Below are positions 49,150 through 61,400 of a stretch of 64,000 nucleotides of DNA, one piece after another (positions within the stretch are counted from its first letter, which is position 1; each line of letters opens with the position of its first letter). A program made the translations under genes and the position numbers. The notes beneath the pieces are model-generated. The model did not search any database. It was not told where the DNA came from and saw only the letters and a list, made by a program, of their open reading frames with translations. The stretch covers positions 64,001 through 128,000 of the forward strand of contig CAWHDZ010000017.1 in assembly GCA_963828255.1 (NCBI GenBank), read 5' to 3'. Origin of the DNA: an uncultured delta proteobacterium (lineage in GTDB: Bacteria; Myxococcota; Myxococcia; Myxococcales; Anaeromyxobacteraceae).

Positions 49150-51861
49150 ATGCGGAACCACAGCCAGATCGTCGCCGGACTCGCCCTTGCCGGGCTGCTC
49201 GTACTGCCCGCCCCGGGAGCGGCCGGACCACCCGTCCCCAACGTCATCCGCACCGTGGACGTCGTAGACCGTGACGGCGGCGTCGAGGTGGAGATCCGGG
49301 CCACCCGCGCCCCCAGCTACACGGTCTTCAAGCTCCAGGATCCGCCGAGGCTGGTGGTCGACGTGTCGGGAGGGGACGTCTCCGGCGTCGCCTCTCCCGT
49401 CCGCGTGGACCGCGGCGGCGTCGCCTCGGTGAGCACCGCCCAGTACCAGGACGAGAAGACCAGCGTCGGCCGGGTGGTCATCGCCCTCGACCCGTCGGCG
49501 CGCTACGAGGTCGCCCCCCAGGGCGAGACCGTCCGCGTGAAGGTCCTGACCGGCGTGGCCTCGCGCGACGCCCAGCCTGCCGCCCCCGTTGCCCAGGTGG
49601 CCGCCCCGGCGTCCGAGCCCGCCCCCCCGGTCGCCACGCTCGCCGTGGCCGCCGTGGCCGCCGAGCCGGTCCAGGCAGCTCCCGCCCCGGCCTCCGGGAG
49701 CGTTGACAACGTCGTCTACCGGCGGGTCGACGAGGCGAGCCCGAGGTCCCCCGCCAGCGCCGTGACCGGCGTGAAGGTGGAGGGCGACCGGCTGGTCGTC
49801 CAGACCAACGGCGCGGTGGGGACCTTCGAGGTCATCGAGCTCACGAACCCGCCGCGCGTCGCCATCGACCTTCCCGGCGTGCAGAAGGCTCCCCGGAAGG
49901 CGCTCTCCGCGGGCGCGGGCTTCACCCAGGTCCGCTTCGGCCGCGACGATGCCAAGGTGCGCGTGGTGCTCGACGCCGCAGACGACGTGACCGGCGTGGA
50001 GGTCAAGCGCACGGCCCAGGGGCTGTCGGTCCGCACCGCTGCCGCCGTGGCCCGCTCGCAGGCCCCTGCGCCCATCCAGGCCCAGGCGCCGGTCGAGGCC
50101 CCGGTCCTCCCGGCTGCACCGGCCGCTCCCGTCCTCGCGTCCATCAAGGACCTCAAGGTGAGCCAGTCCGGCACCACGGCCCGCATCGAGGTGTCCGGAC
50201 GGGTGGAGCACGCCATCTCCCGCCCCGACCCCCGCACCATCGTCCTCACGCTGGAGGGCGCGAAGCTTCCCGCCCGCCTCGAGCGCTCCGTGGACACGAG
50301 CGGCGTCTCCGGGCCGCTCCTCATGGTCTCCTCCTTCAACCAGCCGTCGGGCAAGGTGCGGGTCGTCGTCACGCTCCGCGGCGAGGCCAGCGACCAGGTG
50401 GTCGAGACCTCGAAGGGGCTCGTCTGGACCGTGGTCTCGGGCCAGGGTGAGCGGCACGCCGCCGAGGAGGCCCCCGAGGTCACCGCGGCCGGCACCGCCC
50501 AGGCGGCCGGCTTCGGCGCCGCGGCCCCCGACTACGCGCTCCTCGGCGCGCCCGGCCAGAAGCAGTACACCGGCCAGCGCATCACCCTCGAGTTCCACGA
50601 CATCGAGGTCAGGAACCTGCTCCGCCTCCTCGCCGACGTGTCGAAGAAGAACATGGTCGTCGCCGACGACGTGGGTGGGAAGATCACCGTCTCGCTGCGC
50701 AACGTCCCCTGGGACCAGGCCCTCGACATCGTTCTCCAGTCGAAGGGGCTCGGCAAGCAGGAGATGGGCAACGTCATCCGGATCGCCAAGTACGACGTCA
50801 TCGCCAAGGAGGAGGCGGCCAAGCTCGAGGCCCAGAAGAACCGCCAGATCCTGCTCCCGCTCAAGGTGCGCATCATCCCGGTCAACTTCTCCACCGCGAG
50901 CGAACTCTCGCGCCAGGTGAAGGACGTCCTCACCGACCGCGGCACGGTCAGCATCGACGAGCGGACCAACGTCCTCATCGTGAAGGACACGCAGGAGGCC
51001 CTGGCCCGCGCCGAGGGGCTGGTGCGGAACCTCGACACCGAGACCCCGGGCGTGCTCATCGAGAGCCGCATCGTCGAGGCCAACTCCAACTTCACCCAGG
51101 CCCTGGGCGTCCAGTGGGGCGGCAACTTCGGCTGGAGCCCGGCCACCGGCAACGGGATCCCCGTCTCCTTCCCCAACACCATGCAGGGCACGGGCGCCGC
51201 GGGCCAGGCGCCCAACCAGGGCGTCGGGACCACGCCCAACTACGCGGTCAACCTCCCCGCCCCCATCGGCCAGGGCTCGGGCGGCGGCATCGGCCTGGTC
51301 CTCGGGTCCGCCAACGGCGCATTCAACCTGAACCTCCGGCTCACCGCGCTGGAACGCAAGGGCATGCTGAAGACCATCTCCGCTCCCAAGGTCGCCACGC
51401 TCGACAACAAGGAAGCCACCATCTCCCAGGGTCAGTCGATCCCGTTCTCCCAGGTCTCGGCCTCGGGCGTGAACACCACCTTCGTCGAGGCGCTGCTCGA
51501 GCTCAAGGTGACGCCTCACGTCACCGCCGACGGCTCGATCCTCATGAAGATCAAGGCCACCAACAACAAGCCGGATCCGAGCCTCACCGGCGCCAACGGC
51601 CAGCCCTCCATCACCAAGCGGCAGGCCGAGACCACCGTGCTCGTGAAGGACGGCGACACCACCGTCATCGGCGGCATCTACACCCGGACCACCGCCGCCA
51701 TCACGAGTTCGGTGCCCTTCCTGGGGGACATCCCCATCCTCGGATTCTTCTTCAAGTCGAAGACCGAGTCCGACGACCACACCGAGTTGCTCATCTTCAT
51801 CACCCCGCGTGTGCTGAACCGCCAGGCTGCGGTGGGCGGCGTCACGCCGGTGGCGAACTAG
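49150..51861 (+). CDS. pilQ: Type IV pilus secretin PilQ with N-terminal AMIN domains
   Basis: AMIN motifs (DPPRLVVD, NPPRVAIDL), YTGQRITLEF, VPWDQAL, DERTN, VLIESRIVE, PFLGDIPILG, ELLIFITP. Confidence 0.96.
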   Translation: MRNHSQIVAGLALAGLLVLPAPGAAGPPVPNVIRTVDVVDRDGGVEVEIRATRAPSYTVFKLQDPPRLVVDVSGGDVSGVASPVRVDRGGVASVSTAQYQDEKTSVGRVVIALDPSARYEVAPQGETVRVKVLTGVASRDAQPAAPVAQVAAPASEPAPPVATLAVAAVAAEPVQAAPAPASGSVDNVVYRRVDEASPRSPASAVTGVKVEGDRLVVQTNGAVGTFEVIELTNPPRVAIDLPGVQKAPRKALSAGAGFTQVRFGRDDAKVRVVLDAADDVTGVEVKRTAQGLSVRTAAAVARSQAPAPIQAQAPVEAPVLPAAPAAPVLASIKDLKVSQSGTTARIEVSGRVEHAISRPDPRTIVLTLEGAKLPARLERSVDTSGVSGPLLMVSSFNQPSGKVRVVVTLRGEASDQVVETSKGLVWTVVSGQGERHAAEEAPEVTAAGTAQAAGFGAAAPDYALLGAPGQKQYTGQRITLEFHDIEVRNLLRLLADVSKKNMVVADDVGGKITVSLRNVPWDQALDIVLQSKGLGKQEMGNVIRIAKYDVIAKEEAAKLEAQKNRQILLPLKVRIIPVNFSTASELSRQVKDVLTDRGTVSIDERTNVLIVKDTQEALARAEGLVRNLDTETPGVLIESRIVEANSNFTQALGVQWGGNFGWSPATGNGIPVSFPNTMQGTGAAGQAPNQGVGTTPNYAVNLPAPIGQGSGGGIGLVLGSANGAFNLNLRLTALERKGMLKTISAPKVATLDNKEATISQGQSIPFSQVSASGVNTTFVEALLELKVTPHVTADGSILMKIKATNNKPDPSLTGANGQPSITKRQAETTVLVKDGDTTVIGGIYTRTTAAITSSVPFLGDIPILGFFFKSKTESDDHTELLIFITPRVLNRQAAVGGVTPVAN

Positions 51862-51870
51862 GAGACGGCC

Positions 51871-52542
51871 ATGAAGACCCGAAACCTCGCCGCCGCCGTC
51901 CTCGCCCTCGGTCTCTCGGCCTGCGCGGCCGAGTACAGCGCGGTGGGCATCCAGGCCATCTGCGCACCCCCCGATCCCGACACGACGTCCGGCGCCTGCG
52001 TCTACCCCGCCACCTGTGACGCCACCTTCGCCGGGACGCCGGTGCTCGACGTCGCCACCGCCATTCTCGACTTCCGCCTGCCGCTCCAGATCAACAACCT
52101 GCTGGAGGACAACTCCAGCGGGCCGGGCCGCATCAACACCAACGACGCCTTCATCCAGTCCTTCGAGATCACCTACGACGGGGCCTCCCTCCAGCCGTGG
52201 AGCGTCCCGGCTGCGGTCACCGTCCCCACGGCCGGCTCGTCGGGAGCCCTGGTGAGCCTCATCCCCTCCCAGTACTTCGCCTCCATCCCCGCGGCCGGCG
52301 GCGCCGCCCGGACGAAGCTCCTCGTCAACGTCCGTGCGCTCGGGATCCTGGCCTCGCAGAGCAGCTTCACGACGGCCTGGTTCGCAATCCCCGTGGATGT
52401 CTGCTCAGGATGCCTCGACTTCGTCCTCTGCCCGGATTCGACCACAGTGCTCGCCACCTGCCCCTCCACCGCCCCCGGCCAGTCGTCGCCCGGCCAGAGC
52501 GCAAGCTTCACCTGCATCGCCGCCGCCGCCGCCCGCCAGTGA
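51871..52542 (+). CDS. Cys-rich lipoprotein of unknown function downstream of pilQ
   Basis: Lipobox LSAC, several Cys, 9 bp after the pilQ stop. Confidence 0.75.
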   Translation: MKTRNLAAAVLALGLSACAAEYSAVGIQAICAPPDPDTTSGACVYPATCDATFAGTPVLDVATAILDFRLPLQINNLLEDNSSGPGRINTNDAFIQSFEITYDGASLQPWSVPAAVTVPTAGSSGALVSLIPSQYFASIPAAGGAARTKLLVNVRALGILASQSSFTTAWFAIPVDVCSGCLDFVLCPDSTTVLATCPSTAPGQSSPGQSASFTCIAAAAARQ

Positions 52543-52558
52543 CCTGCCGCGCCACGCC

Positions 52559-52587
52559 TTGACGGCAGGTCGGGGCGGGGCTACAAG
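52559..52587 (+). promoter_or_regulatory. Putative sigma70-type promoter of the mglC-efp-accBC unit
   Basis: TTGACG-N17-TACAAG. Confidence 0.5.
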
Positions 52588-52652
52588 TGCCGCGGCTCGT
52601 CGAGCCACCGCCCGTAACCACGGGCGTTTTTCCTGGAGAAGGGCGGACCGGC

Positions 52653-53012
52653 ATGGGCTTCCGGGAGCACTTGCAGGAGGTCTGCAGGGGCGTCGACGGC
52701 GCCATCGCCTGCTCGCTCATGGGCATGGACGGCATCGAGGTGGACGGCCACGTCCAGGCGGACGCCGGGGTGGACGTGCAGTCGATGATGGTCGAGATGA
52801 CGGGAATCCTCGGCACGGCCCGCGACGCCGCACTGGCCCACCAGGCCGGGGGGCTCGCCGAGTTCAGCCTGGGAACCGACAAGCTCCTGACCGTCGGCCG
52901 CCTCGTCTCCCCCGATTACTTCATGGTGGTGGCGCTCAGGCCGGACGGGAACCAGGGCAAGGCCCGGTATCTCCTCCGGATCACGGCGCCCCGGGTGCTC
53001 GCCGAGCTGTAG
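52653..53012 (+). CDS. mglC: Roadblock/LC7 protein, MglC-like
   Basis: FREHLQ....VDGAIACSLMGMDGI, GNQGKARYLLR; position between the pilQ-linked lipoprotein and efp as in Myxococcus. Confidence 0.82.
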   Translation: MGFREHLQEVCRGVDGAIACSLMGMDGIEVDGHVQADAGVDVQSMMVEMTGILGTARDAALAHQAGGLAEFSLGTDKLLTVGRLVSPDYFMVVALRPDGNQGKARYLLRITAPRVLAEL

Positions 53013-53078
53013 GCGTCGCCCCGGCGGCCCGTTTCACGGGCGGCCGACCCGAACGTTGAACAAGAGGAGCACACGGAC

Positions 53079-53651
53079 ATGGGAGACACACTCGACACCA
53101 GCGCCTTCCGGCGGGGGCTCAAGATCGAGATCGACAAGGAGCCCTGGGAGATCGTGGAGTTCCAGCACGTGAAGCCGGGCAAGGGCAGCGCCTTCGTGCG
53201 CACCCGCATCAAGAATCTGTTGACCGGCCGGACCATCGACAGGACGTTCAAGTCCGGCGACGTGGTGGGGAAGCCCGATCTGGAGGAGAAGGAGATGCAG
53301 TACCTCTACAAGGAAGGCGACCACTACAACTTCATGGACAACAGGAACTACGAGCAGACCTTCCTGACCGAAGAGCAGATGGGCGACGCGAAGAACTTCA
53401 TCAAGGACAACACCACCACCCAGGTGCTCTTCTTCAACGGCAAGGCGATCGGCATCGAGATCCCCAACGCCATGGACCTCAGGGTGGCGAAGTGCGACCC
53501 GGGCGTCCGCGGCGACACGGTCTCCGGCGCCACCAAGCCGGCCATCCTCGAGACCGGCTACATGGTCAAGGTGCCGCTCTTCATCAACGAGGGCGAGATC
53601 CTCCGCATCGACACCCGGACCGGCGAGTACCTCACCCGCGTGGCCGGCTAG
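53079..53651 (+). CDS. efp: Elongation factor P
   Basis: [39 protein letters not shown]. Confidence 0.97.
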   Translation: MGDTLDTSAFRRGLKIEIDKEPWEIVEFQHVKPGKGSAFVRTRIKNLLTGRTIDRTFKSGDVVGKPDLEEKEMQYLYKEGDHYNFMDNRNYEQTFLTEEQMGDAKNFIKDNTTTQVLFFNGKAIGIEIPNAMDLRVAKCDPGVRGDTVSGATKPAILETGYMVKVPLFINEGEILRIDTRTGEYLTRVAG

Positions 53652-53689
53652 GCCGGCCCCCAGACCACCACCCCCGAGCAGGAGGCACG

Positions 53690-54220
53690 ATGGCGAGCAA
53701 GAAGGCGGACGGCGGCAAGGAGCAGACCAGCGGAGGCTTCACGCTCGGTGACGTGACCAGGCTGGTGGACTCGCTGGAGGGCAGCGACGTCCGCACCCTG
53801 GTGTGGACCCGCGGCGGCGAGAAGGTGATCATCCGCCGCGGCCCCGTCCCGGTGAGCGTGGCGGCCCCGGCCGCGGCGCCGGTCGCCCTGGGCGCGCCGG
53901 TCGTGCCGGTGGCGGCTTCCCTTCCCGCCCCGGCTGCCGCGCCCGCCCCCAAGGCGGCCGAGAAGGCCCCGGAGAAGCCCGGCCACATGGTCTCCTCGCC
54001 CTTCGTGGGCACCTTCTACCGGGCCCCCTCGCCCGACTCGCCGGCCTTCGTGGACGTGGGGTCGGTCGTCAAGAAGGGGCAGGTGCTCTGCATCGTCGAG
54101 GCGATGAAGCTCATGAACGAGATCGAGGCCGAGGTGGAGGGCAAGATCGTCGAGATCTACGTCCTCAACGCGACCCCGGTCGAGTTCGGCGAGAAGCTCT
54201 TCCGCATCGAGCCGGCCTAG
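53690..54220 (+). CDS. accB: Acetyl-CoA carboxylase biotin carboxyl carrier protein
   Basis: [22 protein letters not shown]. Confidence 0.96.
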   Translation: MASKKADGGKEQTSGGFTLGDVTRLVDSLEGSDVRTLVWTRGGEKVIIRRGPVPVSVAAPAAAPVALGAPVVPVAASLPAPAAAPAPKAAEKAPEKPGHMVSSPFVGTFYRAPSPDSPAFVDVGSVVKKGQVLCIVEAMKLMNEIEAEVEGKIVEIYVLNATPVEFGEKLFRIEPA

Positions 54221-54228
54221 GGGGCCCC

Positions 54229-55593
<1,365 letters not shown>

Positions 55594-55638
55594 TCGGAAA
55601 ATCAACTGGGATTACGCGATCCTGGATACCTGGCGCCC

Positions 55639-55667
55639 TTGACCACGCTCGACCCTTTCGCTACGCT
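55639..55667 (+). promoter_or_regulatory. Putative sigma70-type promoter of the sgmX-tamB-tamA unit
   Basis: TTGACC-N17-TACGCT. Confidence 0.55.
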
Positions 55668-55746
55668 CCCACCGCTCCCGTTCCGGACCAGCGCCACCCC
55701 CTGCAAGGGAGTGGTCGGCTAGCCCCGACGCGAAACGGTCTCTTCG

Positions 55747-58394
55747 ATGGCGGTCGACAAGAACAAGATCGTCGCCGAGGCGACCCGATTCGTCCAGAAG
55801 GGGCAGTACGACAAGGCCATCAAGGCCTACGAGAAGATCCTCGCCGAGGACAAGAAGGAGGTCCGCATCCTCCTCAAGATCGGCGAGATCCAGCAGAAGA
55901 AGGCGGACAGCCCCGGCGCGGCCAGCACCTTCAACAAGGTGGCCGAGATCTACGGCGAGCAGGGCTTCTTCCTCAAGGCGGTGGCGGTCTACAAGCAGAT
56001 CGCCAAGCTCACCCCCGACGACGTCCGGGTGAACGAGAAGCTGGCCGGCCTCTACCAGCAACTGGGCCTCCTCAACGACGCCACGAACCAGCTCCAGGCG
56101 GTGGCCACGGCCTTCGAGAAGGCCGGCGACCAGGGGCGCCACCTCGACGTGCTCCGGAGGCTCCTCGACCTCGACCCGGAAAACGTCCTCACCTGCCAGC
56201 GTCTCGGCGACCTCTACGCCAAGGCCAACCGGGGCGCCGAGGCCCTCGAGCTCTACCACCGCGCCGCCGCCCACCTCCGGGAGAACAAGCGGGGAGACGA
56301 GTACGTCAAGCTCGCCGAGCGCATCTTCGCGCTCACGCCCGACGACCTGAAGCTCGCCAAGGAGCTGGCCCAGGAGTACCTGGCCCGGGGCGAGACCAAG
56401 AAGGCCCTCGGCAAGCTCCAGATCTGCCACGGCTCCGACAAGCAGGACGTGGACACGCTGCGTCTCATGGCGCAGGCGTTCCGCGACCTCGGACAGGTGT
56501 CCAAGACCATCGCCGTCTACCGCGCCCTGGCCCGGGTCTACGCCGAGCGGGGGCGGCGCGACGAGGCGGCCCTCACCTGGCGCATGGTGCAGGAGCTCCT
56601 CCCGGACGACCCCGAGGCGAGCGAGGAGCTCGCTGCGAGCGGCCAGGCGCGCCCGCCGGCCCCGACCCGTCCTGGCGAGCCAGCGGCGGCGCCCCGCCCC
56701 CCGGACCCGCGCCGCCCCGGGAGGAAGCCGCCCCGTCCCGGCCCGTCGCCCCGCGCCCCCCCGAGACGCGAGTGGCTCCTCCGCAGGTGACGCGCCCGCA
56801 GGTCGCCGCGCCGGTCCCGGCACAGAACCCGGTCGACCGGATCCTCACCGAGACCGACGTCTATCTGAAGTACGGCCTGCACCAGAAGGCGCTCGACCAC
56901 GTCGAGAAGCTCCTCCTGACCGACCCGGAGAACCCGGACGCCCTGGAGCGGATCCGCGACATCCGCGAGGCGCTGGGAAACAGGGAGGGGGCCGCCGAGG
57001 CGGCCGAGCGGGCGGTGAGGTCCCTGCTGGAGCGAGGCGAAGAGGGGCGCATCGCCCACGCCATCGAGCGGCTGCGCCAGCTCGACCCGGGCCACGCGCT
57101 GGCCGGCGAGATGCCCCCCCCCGACGACGAGCATCCGGTCGCAGTCCTGGACGCGGTGCCGGACGACGCCTCGCCCGACCCGGAGGCCGTGGTCGACGAG
57201 CAGCCGCCCGCCGTTCCGGAACCCGGGCCCGACGCGCCCGTCCTGCGCGCGGCGCCCGACGAGGACGCCCTCAAGGCCGTGACCGGGCCGGAGGGCCCGG
57301 CGCCGGTTCCGGACGACGAGTCCCCGGCCGCCATCGACGCTTACGCCAACCTGCCGGCGGTCCTCGGCGACGATTCGCCGCTTCCCGTGGACGACACGGG
57401 AACCGGGATCGGCGTCGGTGTCGCGGCGCCGGATCTCCCTCCACTCGACGTGGAGATCGACGAGGTGGAGCCGGACGCCGTCGAGCAGGTCGCCGTCGAG
57501 CAGGTGGCGCCCCGCACCCCGCCCCCGCTCGTGCTGGTCCCCCCGCCGCTCCCGGAGCGAACCTGGGAGCCCCTCGACGCCGAGATGGAGGAGGTCGGAT
57601 TCTACGAGCGGCAGGGGCTCCTCGACGAGGCGCTCCTGGCCATCCGGGAGCTTTCGGCTGCCCATCCCGGCCACCCCACCGTGGAGGAGGCCCTGGCCCG
57701 GATCGAGCAACTGGCCGCGCTCGAGGCCGCCGAGGAGCCCGCCGCCGACCAGCCGGCGTCGCCGGTGGCCGGGGCGGGCATGGACCGGTACGGCTCCACC
57801 GGGACGACGGGAATCTTCGACCTGGGGGCGGAGCTCTCGGCCGAGCTCGGGCCGGAGCTCACGCCCACGCCCACCGGCGAGTTCCAGTACTCCGTGGCCG
57901 ACGTCTTCGACCAGTTCAAGAGGGGTCTCGAGAAGACCGTCCGGCCGGACGACTCGGCCACCAAGTACGACCTGGGAATCGCCTTCCAGGAGATGGGGAT
58001 GCTCGACGAGGCGCTCGAGCAGTTCCGCTCCGCCCTGGCCGGAGGCGACCGCCGCCGCGAGGTCGAGATCCTGAACATGATCGGGACCTGCCTCGGGCTG
58101 AAGGGGCGCCCCGCCGAGGCGATCGAGGCCTATCTGAAGGCCCTCGACTCCGAGTTCCTCACCGATGAGGCCGCCAAGGCGCTCCACTTCGAGCTCGGGG
58201 TTGCCCACGAGGCGCTGGGGGACCCCGACGTGGGGCTCTGGTACTTCCAGAAGGTCGCGCAGGGCGATCCCGGCTACCGGGGGGTGGCGGACAGGGTCTC
58301 GAGCCTCGGCGGCGGTCACGGCGTGGCCCCCGGTCTCGGGCAGAATGCCGACGGCCGGCCGGCCCCGTCCGGGAAGAAGGCGCGAAAGCGCTAG
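55747..58394 (+). CDS. sgmX: Large TPR protein, SgmX-like; one-base frameshift in the Pro-rich linker (~56640-56790)
   Basis: N-terminal TPR array (KGQYDKAIKAY, GFFLKAVAVYKQI), middle ETDVYLKYGL, C-terminal QFKRGL...YDLGIAFQEMG TPRs; located downstream of accC as in Myxococcus. Confidence 0.8.
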
Positions 58395-58436
58395 AGCGGA
58401 GTTGGCGCACGAGCCCCGGAAGGTGAGAATGCGCCA

Positions 58437-61400
58437 GTGAAGCGGCGCATCGCACTCGGGTTCCTGGCCTTCCTGGCGGCCACCATCGGTGGAGCGCTCT
58501 GGCTCGCCTCGACTCCCTGGGCGGGGCGCAAGCTGTGCGACCTGGCCACCACCAAGGCCCGCCAGGCGGCCGGGGTGGAGGTCGCGGTGGGGGCTTGCCG
58601 GGTCAAGCCGCTCCGGCTCGCCATCGAGCTCGACGAGGTGCGGGTCGGTCCCCTGGAACGGCCCATCTTCGCGGCCGACGCGGTCTCGGTCAAGATCGCG
58701 CCGCTGCAGGCGCTCTCCAAGACCATCGCCCTCGACGAGGTCTCGGTCGTGCGACCGCGGGTGAACCTGGTCCTCCCTCCGCCGGTAGCGGGCGCGAAGC
58801 CAGCCCCGTGCCCGCCGCCGCTCCTCCAGCAGTTCCACCTGCACCGCCTCCAGGTCGAGGACGGGACCGCCAGCATCACGCTGCCCGGAGGGGAGGAGAT
58901 CCTGGTGGGGCGGGTGGACGTCCGCTCGAAGTCGGAGTGGATCCCCACCGACGTCGAGTCGCTCGTCACCGGGGCCCGGCGCAGCCGGGTGACGGTGCAG
59001 CTGGGCCCGACCCTGATCGAGGCCGGCGGACGGCAGACGCTGCTCGACCAGGGCTCGCTCGACGCCGATCTGGCCTTCGACCTGTCGCGACTCTCCATCC
59101 GCGACTTCGGGCTCGAGGGGGAGGGCGTCAAGGTCTCGGCCCACGGGACGGTCGGCAACCTGTGCAAGCCCAGGCTCGGGCTGGAGATCACGGCCCAGGC
59201 GCCGCTCCCGGCCATCTTCTCGCTGGCGCGCGTCCGGACCCCCTCCTCCGGGAGCGCCAGCGTGAAGCTCCAGGTGTCCGGTCCGGCCGCCTCGCCCGAC
59301 GCCGCCGGACAGCTGCAGCTCTCGGGCGCCCGGATCGGTCCCTACACGCCCGGCGACGCGCGGGCTGCCTTCCGGCTCCGGGGAAACGACCTCGAGCTCT
59401 CGTCGGTCGAGGTGCCGTTCCCGAACGGCGCGGGCATCGTCGCCCGGGCCACGGTGCGGCTGGGAGCCTCCCCCACCATCGTCGCCGAGGCCGAGTCCCG
59501 GCAGGTCGAGTTCGCCGAGCTGCTCTCCCGGCTCGGGCTCACCGACGCCCGGGTCATGATGAAGCTCGACGCCAAGGTGAAGCTCTCCGGGCCGCTCTCC
59601 CCGCTGCGGCTCACCGGGCAGGTCGCGGTGGACGCGCAGGACTTCCGCGTCATCGATCGCTCCTGGGTGATGTGGAAGCCGGGGCTGGAGACGGTCCTCG
59701 ACCTCCCGCGTGGTCGCGTCGAGGCGTCCGTCGTCGTGGACGAGCACGGCGTCGAGGTCCTCGAGGGCGGCAAGGCCATCGCCGGCGACGCGGCGCTGGG
59801 GGTCCGCGGCACGGTCTCCTTCGAGGACGCCCGCGGCTTCGACCTCGCGCTCGACGGGGGCGTGGACCTCACCGCGCTCCGCCACATCGCCAGCGTGCCC
59901 ATGGCCGGCAAGGGCACGTTCAAGGGGCGCGCGGTCGCCACCCCCTACGGGCCGCCCCGCGTCGAGGGTGCGCTCACCGTCCAGGGGTTCCACTTCCTGC
60001 AGCTCGACCTGGGCGAGGTCACCGCCACCGCGCTCGCCACCCCCGACCTGGTGCTCGCGATCCGGGACGGGGTGGGGCGCACGGCCGAGAGCAGCTACAC
60101 GGTCGAGACCACCATCGACCTCGGGTCCACCCCCATCCGCATCCTGCCCTCCCAGGCCACCGCCCGGGGGCGCATGCGCGACCTCTTCGACGTGGTCATG
60201 CCCTGGCTGCCCGCCGCGAAGCTCTTCCAGGACGCCATCGACGGGAGCGTCCAGCTCACCATGCCCTTCGAGGGTTTCGTACCCAAGGTGAACATGGCCT
60301 TCCAGGGCACGCTGGGCAGGGGGAAGCTGTGGGGCCGGGAGTTCGACTGGGGGCGCATCGGCGCCCGCGTCGTCGAGGGGGAGAAGGCGGTCATCGACGA
60401 GACCGAGCTCCACCGTGGCGAGGCCGTGGCCAGGGGCAAGGGGACGGTCCACTTCGAGTCCCCGTCGCCGTGGAACCTGTCGATGGAGTTCACCGGCCTC
60501 TCGCTCGACGGGCTCGACCTCCCCGGCGACGGCTGGAGCGGGACGGTGGACGGGGACGCGGAGTTCGGCGGCACCGTGGACGACCCGGTGATCCGCTTCT
60601 CGGCCACCGGCGACGAGGTCCGGGCCATCGGTGTCCCCATCGGCGCGGTGGACGCGGAGGGGGTCCTGCGCGGCCGGCGGCTCGAGCTCGAGGCCGGGAC
60701 CGCGGGTGTGAAGTTCCGGGCCATCGCCCAGCTCACGGGCGCCATGCCCTACGAGGCCTCGGCCGACATCGACGTCGAGGATCTGACCCGCTTCCTGCCG
60801 GGGGGGCCGCCAGCGGGCCTTCGCGCCCAGGCGCACGGGAAGGCCTCCGCGAAGGGAAACCTGGAGGACGTGCTGGAGTCGCAGGCCCGGCTCGAGCTCG
60901 ACCGGGTCCGCGTCGGGTACGCCGACTTCCGGGTGGGCAACAAGGAGCCCATGGTGCTCACCGTGGTCCGGCAGCGCATGGCGGTCGAGTCCTTCACGCT
61001 GGAGGGGACCAACACCGAGTTCACGGCGACCGGGGCTCGGGCCCGCTCCGGGGAGCTCGACTTCACCGCCGCCGGGACGCTCGACCTCCGGCTGCTGGGC
61101 GGCCTCCTCCCCGGCATCGTGAGGACCCACGGGCGGCTCACCCTGGATGCCGCGGTCTCCGGGACGCTCGACGAGCCCATGATCGTCGGGGGCGGCAGGC
61201 TGGCCGAGGCCGGATTCCGCTTCCGCGAGCTTCCCATCGAGTTCGCCGGGATGGCCGGGGAGCTCACCTTCTCCCAGAACCTGGTGCTCTTCGAGCGGCT
61301 CGCCTCCACCGTCAACGGGGCGCCCACGCAGCTCCGCGGCGAGGTGGGGCTGCAGCGCTTCGTCCCCAGCCAGATCCGCATCGAGGCCGACCTCGACCGG

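Noticed and set aside
57480..57509. Short tandem duplication encoding VEQVA-VEQVA
   Set aside because: Two imperfect 15-bp copies within a low-complexity protein linker; not an array.
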